This document shows positions 1 to 19,204 of a stretch of DNA of 64,000 nt, one piece after another. The position numbers and the translations under genes are program-made. Below the pieces are notes generated by a model. That model was not told the DNA's origin and made no database searches. It was given only the letters and a program-made list of their open reading frames with translations. The first letter of the stretch is position 1; each line of letters opens with the position of its first letter. The stretch is from the human T2T-CHM13v2.0 reference genome, Homo sapiens. The stretch is taken from assembly GCF_009914755.1 (NCBI RefSeq), contig NC_060941.1; one strand, given 5' to 3'.

Positions 1-515
1 TCCGCCCGGCTGCGTGGACATCAGAAATTTCTCCCGAGAGCTGAAAGCTCCTCTCAGATGCCTCGGGCTGAAGCTGACCTGAAGAGGGGCGGGCCTGGAA
101 TCCCGGGGAGTCTGCCAGGAAGCTAATGGTCTTAAGAGGCTGGGGGGCAGGTTGGCTCTCGCAGGACTGAGGTGGGGAAGGTTGGGCCACCCCTGGGTGG
201 TGTGGGTAGGTCAGGGGTCTGCATGGGGACTGAGTGTCCCTGGTGTTAGGGACCCGAGCGGCGTGGTTCTGCTCTTTGGTAACCAGAGCTACTAACAAGC
301 AACCAGCGGTCCCCTGAGTGTGTCCCTGGCACCTGCTCAGTCCTGCGCATCCCCACCTGGCAGTGGGAGAGGACAGGGAGGAGCAGGTGTCAGGAGTCAC
401 CCTCACGCCCAGCAGCACCCGCCCAGCAACGGTGTCATCCTGAACCCTGCCCCAGGGCCGGGAGGAGGGCACCCCGGATCCTCAGCACCTGCGTCTGCTC
501 TGGTTTCCTTTTCAG

Positions 516-602
516 GTTCAGAGTATTGAGTTCACCCAGATCGAAATGAAAGTGATGGAGGGGCTGCAGTTTGGAAATGAGTGTCTGAACAAGATGCACC
601 AG
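516..602 (+). CDS. CHMP6: CHMP6 internal coding exon (exon 4; VQSIEFTQIEMKVMEGLQFGNECLNKMHQ)
   Basis: ttttcag| acceptor at 515 and |gtgagt donor at 603; 87 nt; translation matches the CHMP6/VPS20 Snf7-domain sequence as I recall it. Upstream exons lie outside the window, so exon numbering is from recall. Confidence 0.97.
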
Positions 603-887
603 GTGAGTCTCTGCAGGGCCAGGGGCATGGAGGCGTGGGGAGCCCATTGGGCTGGAGCTGGGGATAGGGCGGGGGGCTTGTCCCACGGTGTTCGTGTCAG
701 ACACAGGGCAAGAGGCTGGCAGGGGAGATGTGTTGGGTGCTGCCAGGCAGGCAGGGATGCAGTGACCGGGTGCAGCACAGGCTGGGAACTGTGGGAACTG
801 GGTCCCCAGGCGCCGAAGTGACATAGAGGGGAAGTCTGAGGGTGGGGAGGGGGCTGGCAAACTAATCACAGAAGGCTTCCTGGAGGT

Positions 888-1177
888 GGCGGGTGTGGTG
901 GCTCACACCTGTAATCACTTTTGGAGGCCAAGGCAGGCAGATCACCTGAGGTCAGGAGTTCGAGACCAGCCTGGCCAACATGGTGAAACCCTGTCTCTAC
1001 TAATAATACAAAAATGAGCCAGGCGTGGTGGCAGGCACCTGTAAACCCAGCTACTCAAGAGGCTGAGGCAGGAGAATCTCTTGAACCGGGAGGCAGAGGT
1101 TGCAGTGAGATGAGATTGCGCCACTGCACTCCAGCCTGGATGATAAGAGCAAAACTCCGTCTCAGGAAAAAAAAAAA
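888..1177 (+). mobile_element. AluS element in CHMP6 intron
   Basis: Dimeric Alu with A tail; TSD AGAAGGCTTCCTGGAGG at 870-886 and 1178-1194. Confidence 0.95.
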
Positions 1178-1640
1178 AGAAGGCTTCCTGGAGGAGGTGA
1201 ATACCGGCCTCATCTCAGGCCGGGCATGGATGTGAAGCCCAGCGTGGCCATACCACGTTCCCCCACCAACCCCATCACACTCCTGACATGGGGGCCAGTA
1301 GGTGGGGCTAGTTGGAGAGCCAGGGACTCACCTGGCGGGAGGTCTGGCTGTGCTACTTTTCCAAGTGTTTGGTGAGTACTGGTGGTGTGTGCCGGTCAAG
1401 CACAAGTGGCCCTTTGACCTTTTGCCACTCAAAAGAAATCAAGTCACCTGCCCAGAATGTTCTACCTGTTGCTTGTTTTTACTGGCGGCTGTGAGAGCTG
1501 ACTCAGGGTGAGAGGGGGCATCGGGCGCCAGGGCAGTGCAGTCGTGGCCTCTGAAAAGACTCATCAAACGGCCCCTGTGGCCTCAGGACAGGCCCATGCC
1601 TGGGACACACATGTCCTGGCCTCATTTAAACAGGGACAGG

Positions 1641-1750
1641 AGCTGGGTGTGGTGGCATGCACCTGTAGTCCCAGCTACTTGGACGGATCGCTTGAGCCCA
1701 GCCTGGGCAACACAGCCAGACCTTGTCTTTAAAAATAAATAAAAATAAAC
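1641..1750 (+). mobile_element. Truncated Alu/FLAM monomer
   Basis: gctgggtgtggtggcatgcacctgtagtcccagc ... cagcctgggcaac followed by an A-rich tail. Confidence 0.8.
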
Positions 1751-1850
1751 AGAGGGGTGAGGCCATGGCCCTGAGAGCCCAGGAGGCCTCTGTCGGGGGT
1801 CTACCATTGGCCTCGCGACAGGCGTCAACACCCATCACCCTCGTCCACAG

Positions 1851-1916
1851 GTGATGTCCATTGAAGAGGTGGAGAGGATCCTGGACGAGACGCAGGAGGC
1901 CGTGGAGTACCAGCGG
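1851..1916 (+). CDS. CHMP6: CHMP6 coding exon 5 (VMSIEEVERILDETQEAVEYQR)
   Basis: ccacag| acceptor, |gtaggt donor, 66 nt, in frame with neighbouring exons. Confidence 0.97.
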
Positions 1917-2104
1917 GTAGGTGGCACCCTGACCGGCCTGCCCCCAACTGTGGGAACCCACAAGGCCACCCTCGAGGGCCAAACTGTCCCACATCCTAGA
2001 GCGGCCGCCTTCTCTCAAGGGGACGAGACCCAGCCACAGGCCATCTCCTTCCTCCCTGAGGGGCCACCTCCTCGCTGCTCTCACCACCGCCTGTCCTTTT
2101 GCAG

Positions 2105-2185
2105 CAAATAGACGAGCTCCTGGCAGGAAGCTTCACTCAGGAGGATGAAGACGCCATCCTGGAGGAGCTGAGCGCAATCACTCAG
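2105..2185 (+). CDS. CHMP6: CHMP6 coding exon 6 (QIDELLAGSFTQEDEDAILEELSAITQ)
   Basis: cttttgcag| acceptor, |gtaacg donor, 81 nt, acidic ESCRT-III helix. Confidence 0.97.
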
Positions 2186-2272
2186 GTAACGGCCCCCCAG
2201 GACTGAGCACAGTCACTCAGGCAGTGGGACCCCCAGGACTGAGCACAGTCACTCAGGCAGTGGGACCCCCAG
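2168..2272 (+). repeat. 35-36 bp minisatellite (~3 copies) overlapping the CHMP6 exon 6 donor
   Basis: ctgagc(g/a)ca(a/g)tcactcag ends at 2185, 2220 and 2256. Confidence 0.85.
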
Positions 2273-3244
2273 AGCTCAGACCCCCAGGAGGCCCTGCCCA
2301 TGGTGATCTCGTATGTGGTGTCCTTTAAGTAAATAGTCTGCGGTTTGTGACTGGTTTTCCTACCTGAGGTGACTCTGTTTTCAGGGTTGCTCACCCAACG
2401 GTCTGGTGCAGGCAGGCTGGCCCCGTGCCCTGGACAGAGCGGGGGTGCTGGGCCTTCCTGGCGCCTCGGCCCCTTTCTGTCCCCGGCTGTCACGGATGTG
2501 GTGCTGGCTTTCCCCAGCCGTGGCTGCTGACTCACGTCCCACATAGGCCCTCGCTGCGGGGGCCGCGTCCTGGCCCCAGGCTCACATCCAGGCTCTGAGT
2601 CTGTATTCACTCCCCGACACAGGGGTTGTCCTCTCTGTGGGCCCCTGCCTCAGTCCGCCAAATTCTCATGGTGCCCCCAGAGCCGGCCTCTGCCCCAGCC
2701 CTGCTGCCAGCTGCCCCGGCGCCCTGGTGCTGTGCGGCCCATGGTGCCTGCACCCACTTGCTTGTCCAGTTACTTTCTCCTGAGGGTCCGAGTCCTCCGG
2801 GGCCTCCAGGGAAGGCCAGCTGAGAGGCAGAAGCACCCGTGCTGGCTTAGGCAGCCAAGCTCGCTGGGACAGCGTTGTACCGCAGCCCACCCCGCAGTGG
2901 TGGACACCAGCGTGACCTGGGTGTCTGTGTCACCCACCCCTCGGTCCCTGAGAGCCAGGGTCTCTGGGGCACACCCAGGACGTCGCCTCCTTACAGCCCC
3001 TCAGCGCCCCAGGGTCTGTTGGGAGGAGCCTCCATGGTAGCGGCTGCGTCACCACCTAGGGGATTCTGGTGGCACCAGAAGCCGGGGCGGTTGCAGACTT
3101 GGGTCTTCTGAGCAGCACGTTCCTGTCCGCTTTAACTCCGGCTGAGAGCGGCTGACGGACAGGATCCGTGTCCTCTCGGGGAGGCCCAGGCAGCCCGGGG
3201 CAGACCTGTCACCTGCTCATAGCCTTACCCTTTGCTTCTTGCAG

Positions 3245-3299
3245 GAACAAATAGAGCTGCCAGAGGTTCCCTCCGAGCCCCTTCCTGAGAAGATCCCAG
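3245..3299 (+). CDS. CHMP6: CHMP6 coding exon 7 (EQIELPEVPSEPLPEKIP), carrying the VPS4-binding MIM2 motif
   Basis: cttcttgcag| acceptor, G|gtattt donor, 55 nt; LPEVPSEPLP is the known CHMP6 MIM2. Confidence 0.97.
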
Positions 3300-3976
3300 G
3301 TATTTCCATGTTTGATTCTTTTGAATGGTTGGAATTCGCAGGAGAAAAGTGGATTCTAGAAGGGAACAAGACAGAATGCTCCCAGGCCTTCCTGGGCCGT
3401 GGGCGAGCCCTGCTGCCTGGCTGTTTGGCTTGGGGGCGTGCGTGCCTGGCCTTGGGGTTGGGCTTGGGTTTCCCAGGGGTTCGGTAACTGGGCAACCTCG
3501 TAAGAGAGCCATACCCCATTCAAAGAGACACATTCAGAAATCAGAACTGGGGAAAGGCTTCTTCAGCAGCACCAGCTCATTCCCAGGGTGTAGCCCAGGA
3601 TTAGCCCTCAGCCAGGGATGGCTCTCCCCGTGGCACCATTCAGCACAGGCTCTCCAACCTGCCCACTGGGAAGCTGACTTTAGAACCGTCCATCCACGTT
3701 TGTTCTGTTCCTTTACCCATCTTTGGGGCTCTTCTCCTCTCTGAGTCTCGCTGGGAGGGGCTGTGCTTTCCTGGCCCACTGTCCCGTGTCCCTGGCCCTG
3801 TCTGTCAGCCCCATTGGCTTCCTGTTTGTCACTTGCCTCCCCCAGAGCTGGGCGTGCCCTTCCCTAGTGCGAAGTCCCCGGAACTGGCCCTTGCCACCCC
3901 TGTGGCCTCGTCCCTCTCTGGAGGTCTCTGCCTGTGGGTCTTCGGCGTGTCATAAACATCTCTGTTTCCTCCACAG

Positions 3977-4032
3977 AAAACGTCCCTGTCAAGGCCAGGC
4001 CCAGGCAGGCGGAGCTGGTGGCAGCTTCGTAA
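3977..4032 (+). CDS. CHMP6: CHMP6 last coding exon (ENVPVKARPRQAELVAAS*)
   Basis: tttcctccacag| acceptor; phase-1 join G|AA; TAA at 4030-4032. Confidence 0.97.
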
Positions 4033-5015
4033 CGTGGCCTCGTCTTGTGGGACTCACGGGGATGCCCCAGGGACTGTGGCCCACAGAGAGTTTGGGTCAC
4101 GGCCAGCCCCTGACCGGGTTCCCTGGAGCCCAGTGCGCACGGTGCTGAGCAGAGCTGCAGCCACGCAGGCGCATTGCAGGAGGACTCCAGAGCGTCTCCT
4201 GGAGACCTTGAGCCTGAACGCACTCAGGCGCCACTGGCCTGCTCTCAGTCCGGATTAACTCTCGACCGAGCCCAGCTTCTGCCGGTTGTGGGCTCCCCCG
4301 GTGGCCGAGGCCCAGGCCCAACGCCTCTGGTGCTGTTCCCCTGCAGTCCCAGCCCCGCGTGGCTCGCGCTCGTCTGTGAGGAAGACACCTCCAGACCTTG
4401 GGGTCCCCGCGCTTCCTCTTGCTCCTCGCTGCTCCCATTAGCTGGTGCAGGCTTCCGTTAAGGGGTCCCTCCCTTGGCCTGGCTTCCCGGCGCACCTCAG
4501 CTTCCCTGCTGGTGGGGGGATCCCCAGGAGACCAGCATGTGCTGAACCTCTCCGTGCCTCTGCCTCCGCACCCTAGACACCCACCTCCAGTTTGAAGGTG
4601 GCGGGCCAGGGGCTTTCTTGCTGAATTGACGACTCCGAGAGCCCTGACTCCCGCCTTGCCACTCACGGCTCTGTCCACTAGGGCTCAGCCCTGCTGAGAA
4701 AGGACCTCCGATGCTTGGGAGACGCTGCTCCGGCAGGTGCAGCCCCGGAAGTTTGTCCATGGGGGTCCCCGCGGCTGGGGCTCATGGAACTGCGAGACCC
4801 GGGACCCTCCTGCCCTGCGGGTCCCCGAGCCACCAGCAGCCAGGACCGGAGGCTGTGGGGCATGGCGTGACTTCTCGTGCACAGGGCTGGTTTGGTTATG
4901 AGACGATCTCGCTGGGACCGCCCCTGCCCGTGGAAAGCCACAAGGACAAAGGGAGCGGCCACCTCGACCCCCAGACAGGGCGGCCCGTATTAAAGTTGGC
5001 CCTGCACGCCCACTG
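4033..5015 (+). other. CHMP6: CHMP6 3' UTR (3' end approximate)
   Basis: Runs from the stop codon to ~20 nt past ATTAAA at 4989-4994. Confidence 0.75.
4989..4994 (+). terminator. Polyadenylation signal ATTAAA of CHMP6
   Basis: Common variant hexamer ~960 nt after the stop; GU-rich sequence follows (5060-5085). Confidence 0.75.
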
Positions 5016-6718
5016 CCTCGTGGACTTGGGCGCAGTGGGCACCTAGGCGTGGCTCCCTCTGTGGGAGCGTGGGTGGGTTGTGTGCGGCCCCTCCCCCACG
5101 GTGACCCTGACCAAAGCCCAGCCCCTTGACCAGCATGGGGACGCTCACTGGAGGGCTCCTGCCCAGTCCGGCCAGGCCTGGGCTCTGCACACGTGAGATG
5201 GAAGCTCTGGGCCCTGACGGCCACCTCTGGGCAGCTGCCCTCCGTGGGGGCCAGGGTGCTGCTCTGAGCAGGCTGGCAGGCTGTCTCCCTCGCGTGGCTG
5301 TGTGTAATCCTGGGCCCAGAGGGTGGTGGGTTTGGGGTCCTGGTGCCCAGGCGGGAATCTTGATGTGCAGGGAACACGATGGGCAGGTGACCCCCAAGGG
5401 GTGGCTCCACACCCCGCACCGGTGGGCATGGGGGTGCTGGCCCTGCACTGCCGGGTCTCAGGACTGAAGAAGCTGAAGACCTGGGTTTGCGGGAAAGTCT
5501 TGTTTCTCCCCGTGGCGGCAGCTCTCCTGCGGTGCACGTGTCAGCTGGGGTTGAGGGGGTCTTCCAACCACCCTTGCAGGGATTCTGCAGAAAACTAGTT
5601 GGCTGGCGCTCCCCCTGTCTGTCCCCAGGACTGCCAGGCAGCCTGGAGGGCACCTCGTGATGAGGCTCCAGCCCCATGACCTGCTCCCTGCAGCAGTGCG
5701 TCCCAGGCCTGTGGAGCACCGGCTCTGGGTCCCAAACTGCACGCAGGGTGCCGGGAGCCTGCGTTGGGAAGCTGCAGGTGTGGCTGGAGGGGCCCTGGCT
5801 ACTGTCAGTCCCAGGCCTCAGTCACAGCCTTTACACACCCTGCCTGTGGGGCAGGTCCCTCCTTTCCCTCTGCCTCCATTAGAACCCAGGGGCTTTTGCC
5901 AAGAGAGGCCGGGTGTTCTGGCGGCATTTTGTGGCAGGACTTTGCTCTCAGCCCCAACCGGAGCAGCTGTCCACAGTGCCCTCCCCCTTGTGCCAAGTTC
6001 CTGGTCAGGGCCCAGGAGGCCATCCAGGGAACGCCAATAACCATCCATCCCTGCTACAGCACAGCCAGGAGTGGGGTGGGGTCCACGTTCCCTCTGACTA
6101 TCCAAGAAGTTAGAGCCTGACTACTACTCAGCCGTGTTCTGTGTACCAGTGTTCCTCCCTGGACCTCGCAAGAGTCTGCCCGGACAACCCAGAGTGACCT
6201 TGAGCTGATTCCCAACTCTGGCATTGGTGTGTCCTGGCTGGCCGGCTCCTGGTTATGTCGGGCTGGTGGCAGCCCCTCCTGCCAGCAAGGTACAGAGCCC
6301 AGTGCTGGCCGGAGCCTGACCAACCTGATCTCCTAATCTAGGTTGGGGACACAGGAGCATGACAATCACAAGTCAAAATTAGGTGTGGAACCTCAGGGCG
6401 GAGCTGGTGTCCTGCCAGAGATGCCTGGGGGCCGGCGGGAGGACTTGGAGGAGGAGAGGCTGCAGAGGGCAGGGACACAGAGTAGGGGGCCACACAAAGG
6501 GTGGCTCAGAGTGGAGGAGGGGCATAAAGGAAGAGCCATACATAATCAGCAGCTTTGAGGGGTGTTGGAGCCTGCCAGCCACAGAGGACTTCCCAGGGAG
6601 GGAATGGGGCATAGTGTGGAAGTGGTGCCCTCATTTTCAGAGGCTGCAGACACTTCGCTGGAAGGCACACTTGCCACGGGGCAGGCAGTGTGGCAGTCAG
6701 AAATGTGTGGGATGGAAT

Positions 6719-7125
<407 letters not shown>

Positions 7126-7308
7126 TCAGGTCCCAACTGGTGTCTGACTTGGCCGCAGAATCCTTTGGGTCCTGGTTTCTTCATACATGCAATATTGGGG
7201 GTTTGGCCTTGGGGGTCTCTTCCAGCTGAGTCCACTTCTGTCCCCAGCCTGTAAACTGTCTGCACCTATTGACTCTTGATGGTCTCTGAGGGACTCAACT
7301 TTAGGAAC

Positions 7309-7599
7309 TCTGTCCGTTTTGTGCTGCTGTCACAGAGTGCTTGAGACTGGGTAATTTATAATGAACAATCAACTGGCTCACGGTACTGGACAGGTGCCAG
7401 CATCTGGCGAGGGCCGTCCAGCTGCGTCATCACATGGTGGAAGGCAGGAGGGGAGCCACCCCACCCTTTTATAACCAATCCCAGCCGTTAGGGCGCAGCC
7501 TTCATGGCCTAACCACCCTCTGAAGGTCCCACTCGATACTGTTAAAAGGCAATGAAATTTCAACAGGTTTTGGAGGGGACAAACATTCAAACCATGGCA
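7309..7599 (-). mobile_element. ERVL-MaLR LTR fragment (MST/MLT1A-like)
   Basis: gagactgggtaatttataatgaac ... ggaggggacaaacattcaaaccatggca are typical reverse-strand MST/MLT1A termini. Confidence 0.75.
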
Positions 7600-7829
7600 G
7601 AAAGTGTGGAAGGAGCAATAACCACACTGAACAGAATGACCATGGTAATTAAACCCCAAGTGAAACCATGACCTGTTTTACATCATCCTGGAGAGAACAG
7701 TGCAGCTCCAGTACTTGCTGAGCTGCAGAGACAGGGTCCATCCAACTCGACAGCATCCAGCAGCCACTCCAGGCCGCCAGCAGACAGATGTTGGGAGCAG
7801 CACTGATAGTTTGGGTTTTCGTTTGTTTT

Positions 7830-8789
<960 letters not shown>

Positions 8790-8790
<1 letters not shown>

Positions 8791-9540
8791 GTTTCCTCTC
8801 TCCGGTGACCCTGAGCTGCGCCTTTCTCAGCCGCCTCCCGAGGCCCCAGGCGCTCTGCGGGGGCTCTGGCGGGGTTGGTGGGGGTGGGCGTTCTCGTTGT
8901 TTCAGCGGCGCTGCCCCAGGCCCTGCGGGAGGGACCGTGGGACCCGAGACATCCCCGCCTGGCCTCCGCTCCCCACCCGGGAGTGGGGCTCGCACCCCCC
9001 CAACCTCGGGTAAAGACGCTTCTGGAAGGAAGGGCGCCCCGCGGACCCCGCCCAACCCTGCCCAGCCCAGCCCAGCCCAGCCCAGCCCTTCCCGGGGCGG
9101 CGGCGCGGGAAGCAGGCGGCGGCGCACGGGCGTCGTCATGGCAACCCCACCGGCTCCGGGGGCCGGGACCGCTGCCCCCTCCGCCCCTCGACCCCCGCCC
9201 CCCCGCCCTTCCTGGCTGCGGCTGGACCCGGCTGCGCGGGGCGCGAGGCTGCCTTTCCCGGGATCACCAGGGACCACCCGGCGCGCTCCCCGGGAATCCG
9301 CACCCCTGGCCCCAGCGCTCCGGAGCGACCCGGGTCAGCCCCTGGCTGCCTGCAATGGGCCCCCGGGCGAACCCCGGGCGGACCCAGGAGTGAGCACCCG
9401 GTGCGCGGCAACGATGATCCCGCAAGGGAAGCTCACGGGAGGCAGGAGCTGTGGCAGCCGCCCCAGGATGGGGCGCGGGGAGCGCGCTGAGCTGTCCTTT
9501 CCCGCAGCGGCCCCGCGGTTGAAGCGTGGGCTTGGGTTTT
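8790..9540. promoter_or_regulatory. Orphan intergenic CpG island (candidate promoter/enhancer)
   Basis: Very high GC and CpG density; GC boxes; X-box-like GTCGTCATGGCAAC at 9132-9145; (CCCAG)n at 9061-9088. Confidence 0.8.
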
Positions 9541-9905
9541 GGTTTTTCTTCTGTGGCAACAGTTCTGTTGAGATATTACTCGCCTGCCATACAACTCACC
9601 CATTTTAAAAGTACACCTCAGGGGTCCTGCGTGTATTGACAAACCCGCCGCCGTCACCACAGCCAATTTCAGAACATTTTCATCTCTTCAAAAGAAACCC
9701 TGTACCCTTCAGCTGTCACCCTCCTGGTCCCCATCCGGTCCTCGTCCCGCCCTCAGCAGCCACGCACTGCCTGTAAAGTCCCCTGTCCTGCCCTGTAGGT
9801 GGAATCTATACCTTGGGGTCTGTTCTGACGTTCACCTAACAGCCTTTCCAGGCTCAGCTGTGCTATTGTATGGACCAGGGGGTTGTTTTGTTTTTGTTGT
9901 TTGTT

Positions 9906-9908
<3 letters not shown>

Positions 9909-9936
<28 letters not shown>
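9909..9936 (+). repeat. (TG)14 microsatellite
   Basis: Read directly from the sequence. Confidence 0.95.
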
Positions 9937-12510
<2,574 letters not shown>

Positions 12511-12518
12511 GTATCTTA

Positions 12519-12810
12519 GGCTGGGCGCGGTGGCTAACACCTGTAATCCCAGCACTTTGGGAGGCCGAGGCGGGAGGATCACGAGGTCAGGAGATCGAGA
12601 CCATCCTGGCTAACAAGGTGAAACCCCGTCTCTACTAAAAATACAAAAATTAGCCGGGCGTGGTGGCGGGCACCTGTAGTCCCAGCTACTCAGGAGGCTG
12701 AGGTAGGAGAATGGCGTGAACCCGGGAGGCGGAGCTTGCAGTGAGCTGAGATTGCGCCACCGCTCTCCAGCCTGGGTGACAGAGCGAGACTCTGTCTCAG
12801 AAAAAAAAAA
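12519..12810 (+). mobile_element. AluY
   Basis: AluY diagnostics (gagatcgagaccatcctggctaac, gaatggcgtgaacccgggaggcggagcttgc); TSD AGAAGTGGGTATCTT at 12503-12517 and 12811-12825. Confidence 0.95.
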
Positions 12811-13599
12811 AGAAGTGGGTATCTTTACTTCACATTTTTCTATTCCACTCCCAGCCCAAAAATACTAAAAACAGAAAGAACAAAGTCCATACAAAGAGTA
12901 TTTCATGAAAAATTTAACCCACTTTTTTTCTTTCGCTTTCTTCCCTCTCCTCTTTTCTTTTTCTTGTCTCCTCTTCTTTCTCACGCAGGGCAGGGCCGGG
13001 CCAGGGTTAGCGGGCCAGGGTAAGGTCGGAGCTGCTCCAACTTCTGGTGTGTACTTGTTAGTCTTTATGATATTCTTGTAGATTCAATCATGAAACATGA
13101 GTTTGATGCTGGTGTGATTGTAGGTGGTCTTGCAGTCAGGTGAACAGTTGCTCCCAAAGAGAACTGACGGCTCAGCCTCAGCCTGGAGGGGATGTAGACC
13201 TCTCGTGACATAACTCAGTGCTGGGAGGGAAGTCAACAGAGTGAATCAAGGACAGAACCAACACTCAAAATGATGGCAAGAGTTGCAGCCAAAGCCAGCC
13301 AGATGACACACCAACAAAATACAGTAAAGCCCATAAAGGTCAGTCCTTGGCTTCAGAGAAAACCATAGTGGGCAGTGATGCATTTGGAAAATATCTGGAA
13401 ACCTTGCCTGCTGGCAGACACTGTGGGTTATCTATGGGATCCAGCTGCTAACTCCATCAATGTGACCTTACACTTCATTAATGGAAGTGTCTACCTAACT
13501 GGATGTAACAGCCTCCTCACTAACTTATATTTACAGTGCTGCCCCTGTGTCAGCAGTAAAAGTTCAAATTATATTCAGAATCTTCTGCTTAATAAATTA

Positions 13600-13977
<378 letters not shown>

Positions 13978-14094
13978 TTAGCCCAGCTTCCTGAGCACTG
14001 GTTTGCACATAGAGTAGGCAGCCCCCAAAATTGGGTTGAAGAAATGAATTATCAACATTTTAAAAGTGTTTACTGGTTGAACAGGCAAACTTCA

Positions 14095-14515
<421 letters not shown>

Positions 14516-14666
14516 CTGTTCTGAAGCACAGTGTAGTCTAGTACTGTGGCATTCCCACCTGTATTCCTGCTTGTTCCATTTACTTGAGAAACATTTTTTT
14601 CATAAATAATATGAAAACATATCCATCCCAGTTTCTGTACATTAATTCCAGACTAAGAGCATTTAA

Positions 14667-15215
<549 letters not shown>

Positions 15216-15232
15216 CAGGAAGGGAACTTTAA

Positions 15233-15811
<579 letters not shown>

Positions 15812-16419
15812 TAAACCAGTAAACCAAAGCTGTGGAGGTGGCCCCTGTGGGGAAGCCGTTTCCTGGTTTTATCTTCCCTTTTCTCTCGTAGCTTTGCCCC
15901 AGGATGGGCCTCAGTTACGGAACTGCACAGAAACACGGAAAGCTAAAACTCCCATAGAAACCTTGTCCTTTTGGCAAGAGAAATTGTGAACAGGGGCCAC
16001 TGAGGTCCAGAAAGCGTGTGGTGGGGGAATCCCAGAAGGGAGCGAGTGGGAGAAAGAGGCCTTGGGACTCTGAGGAGGAACCAGCAGCAGCCCCGGCTCC
16101 CCCACCCGAGCTGCACCTGTGTGGGGTGCACTCAGAGAAGCAACAGGAATTGGCTTTGAAAGTGGAACCTCGACTGGAGCAGAGGCAGCAGAACTTTGTG
16201 GTTGGAACTAACCAGGTTGATGGGCATTTAAAAAAAAAAAAAAAATCAACATTCTCCAGCGGATTGTTGCGGAGTCCATCCAGCATAACCGTCAAAATGT
16301 CCAGTTCATGGCCGGGCGTGGTGCCCACAGCTGTGATCCCAGCACTTTGAGAGGCGGAGGCGGGCAAATCGCTTGAGCCCAGGAGTTCGAGACCAGCCTG
16401 GGTAACCTGACAAAAATCA

Positions 16420-16599
<180 letters not shown>

Positions 16600-17046
16600 T
16601 TAAAAAGCCCAATTCATAATCCCAAATTATGTGACATATAAAAAATCATGAGAATGTGACCAGTTTCCAAAGGAAAAGTGATACAGTTTGGATATTTTTC
16701 CTGCCCAAATCCCATGCTGAATTGTAATCCCCAGTGCTGGAGGTGGGGCCTGGTAGGAGGTGACTGGATCATGGGAACGGGTCTCTCATGAATGGCTTGG
16801 GCCACCCCCTTGGTGATAAGTGAATTCTTGCTCTGAGTTTACATGAGATCTGGTCATTTCAAAGTGTGTGGCACCTCTTCCCTGCTCCTCCTCTGCCTTC
16901 CACCATGATTGGAAGCTTCCTGAGGCCTCCTCAGAAGCAGATGCTGCGATGCTTCCTGTACAGCTGTAGAACCATGAGCCAGTTAAACTTATTTTTCTTA
17001 TAAATTATCCAGTCTTAGATATTTCTCTTTTTTTTTTTTTTTTTGA

Positions 17047-17229
<183 letters not shown>

Positions 17230-17888
17230 TAGCCAAGATGGTCTCAATCTCCTGACCTCGTGATCCGCCCGCCTCAGCCTCCCAAAGTGCTGGGATTACA
17301 GGCGTGAGCCACCGTGCCTGGTTGCTTAGCTATTTATAGCAATTGCACGAATGGCCTAATACAGAAAATTGGTACCAAGGAGTAAAGCATTGCTATAGAT
17401 ACCTGAAAATGTGGAAGCAGCTTTGGACCTGGGTAATGGGCAGAGGTTGGAAGAGTGTGGAGGGCTCAGAAGGAGACAGGATGATGAGGAAGAAGAATTT
17501 GATGAGGAAGAATTTGGAGCTTCTTAGAAACTGGTTAAATGATTGTGACCAAAATGTTCATAGTGTTGTGGACAGTAGAGGCCAGGTTGACGAGGTATCA
17601 GCTGGAAATGAGGAACTGATTGGAAACTGGAACAAAGGTCATGTGTTCTTTGCTAAGGTTTTGGCAGAGAGCATGGCTGTATTCTGTTCATGCCTCGGGA
17701 TCCATGGACATTTAAACTTGAGAGTCATGAGTTAGGGTATCTGGTGGAAGAAATCCCTAAGCAGCAAAATGTTCAAAAAGTGGCATGGCTGCTTCTAACA
17801 AACTGTACTTAGATGAGGGAGCAAAGGAATGACTTAAAGTTGGAACTTATATTTAAAAGAGAAGCAGAGTGTAAAAGTTTGGAAAATT

Positions 17889-19204
<1,316 letters not shown>

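Noticed and set aside
4685-5719. 344-aa minus-strand ORF overlapping the CHMP6 3' UTR
   Set aside because: Pro/Gly/Arg/Ser-rich with no recognisable domain and a non-ATG start; long stop-free frames are expected at this GC content
13090-13143. MKHEFDAGVIVGG resembling an FAD-binding start (SDHA-like HEFDAVVVG)
   Set aside because: Similarity is limited to a few residues and ends at a stop; the downstream sequence does not continue the match
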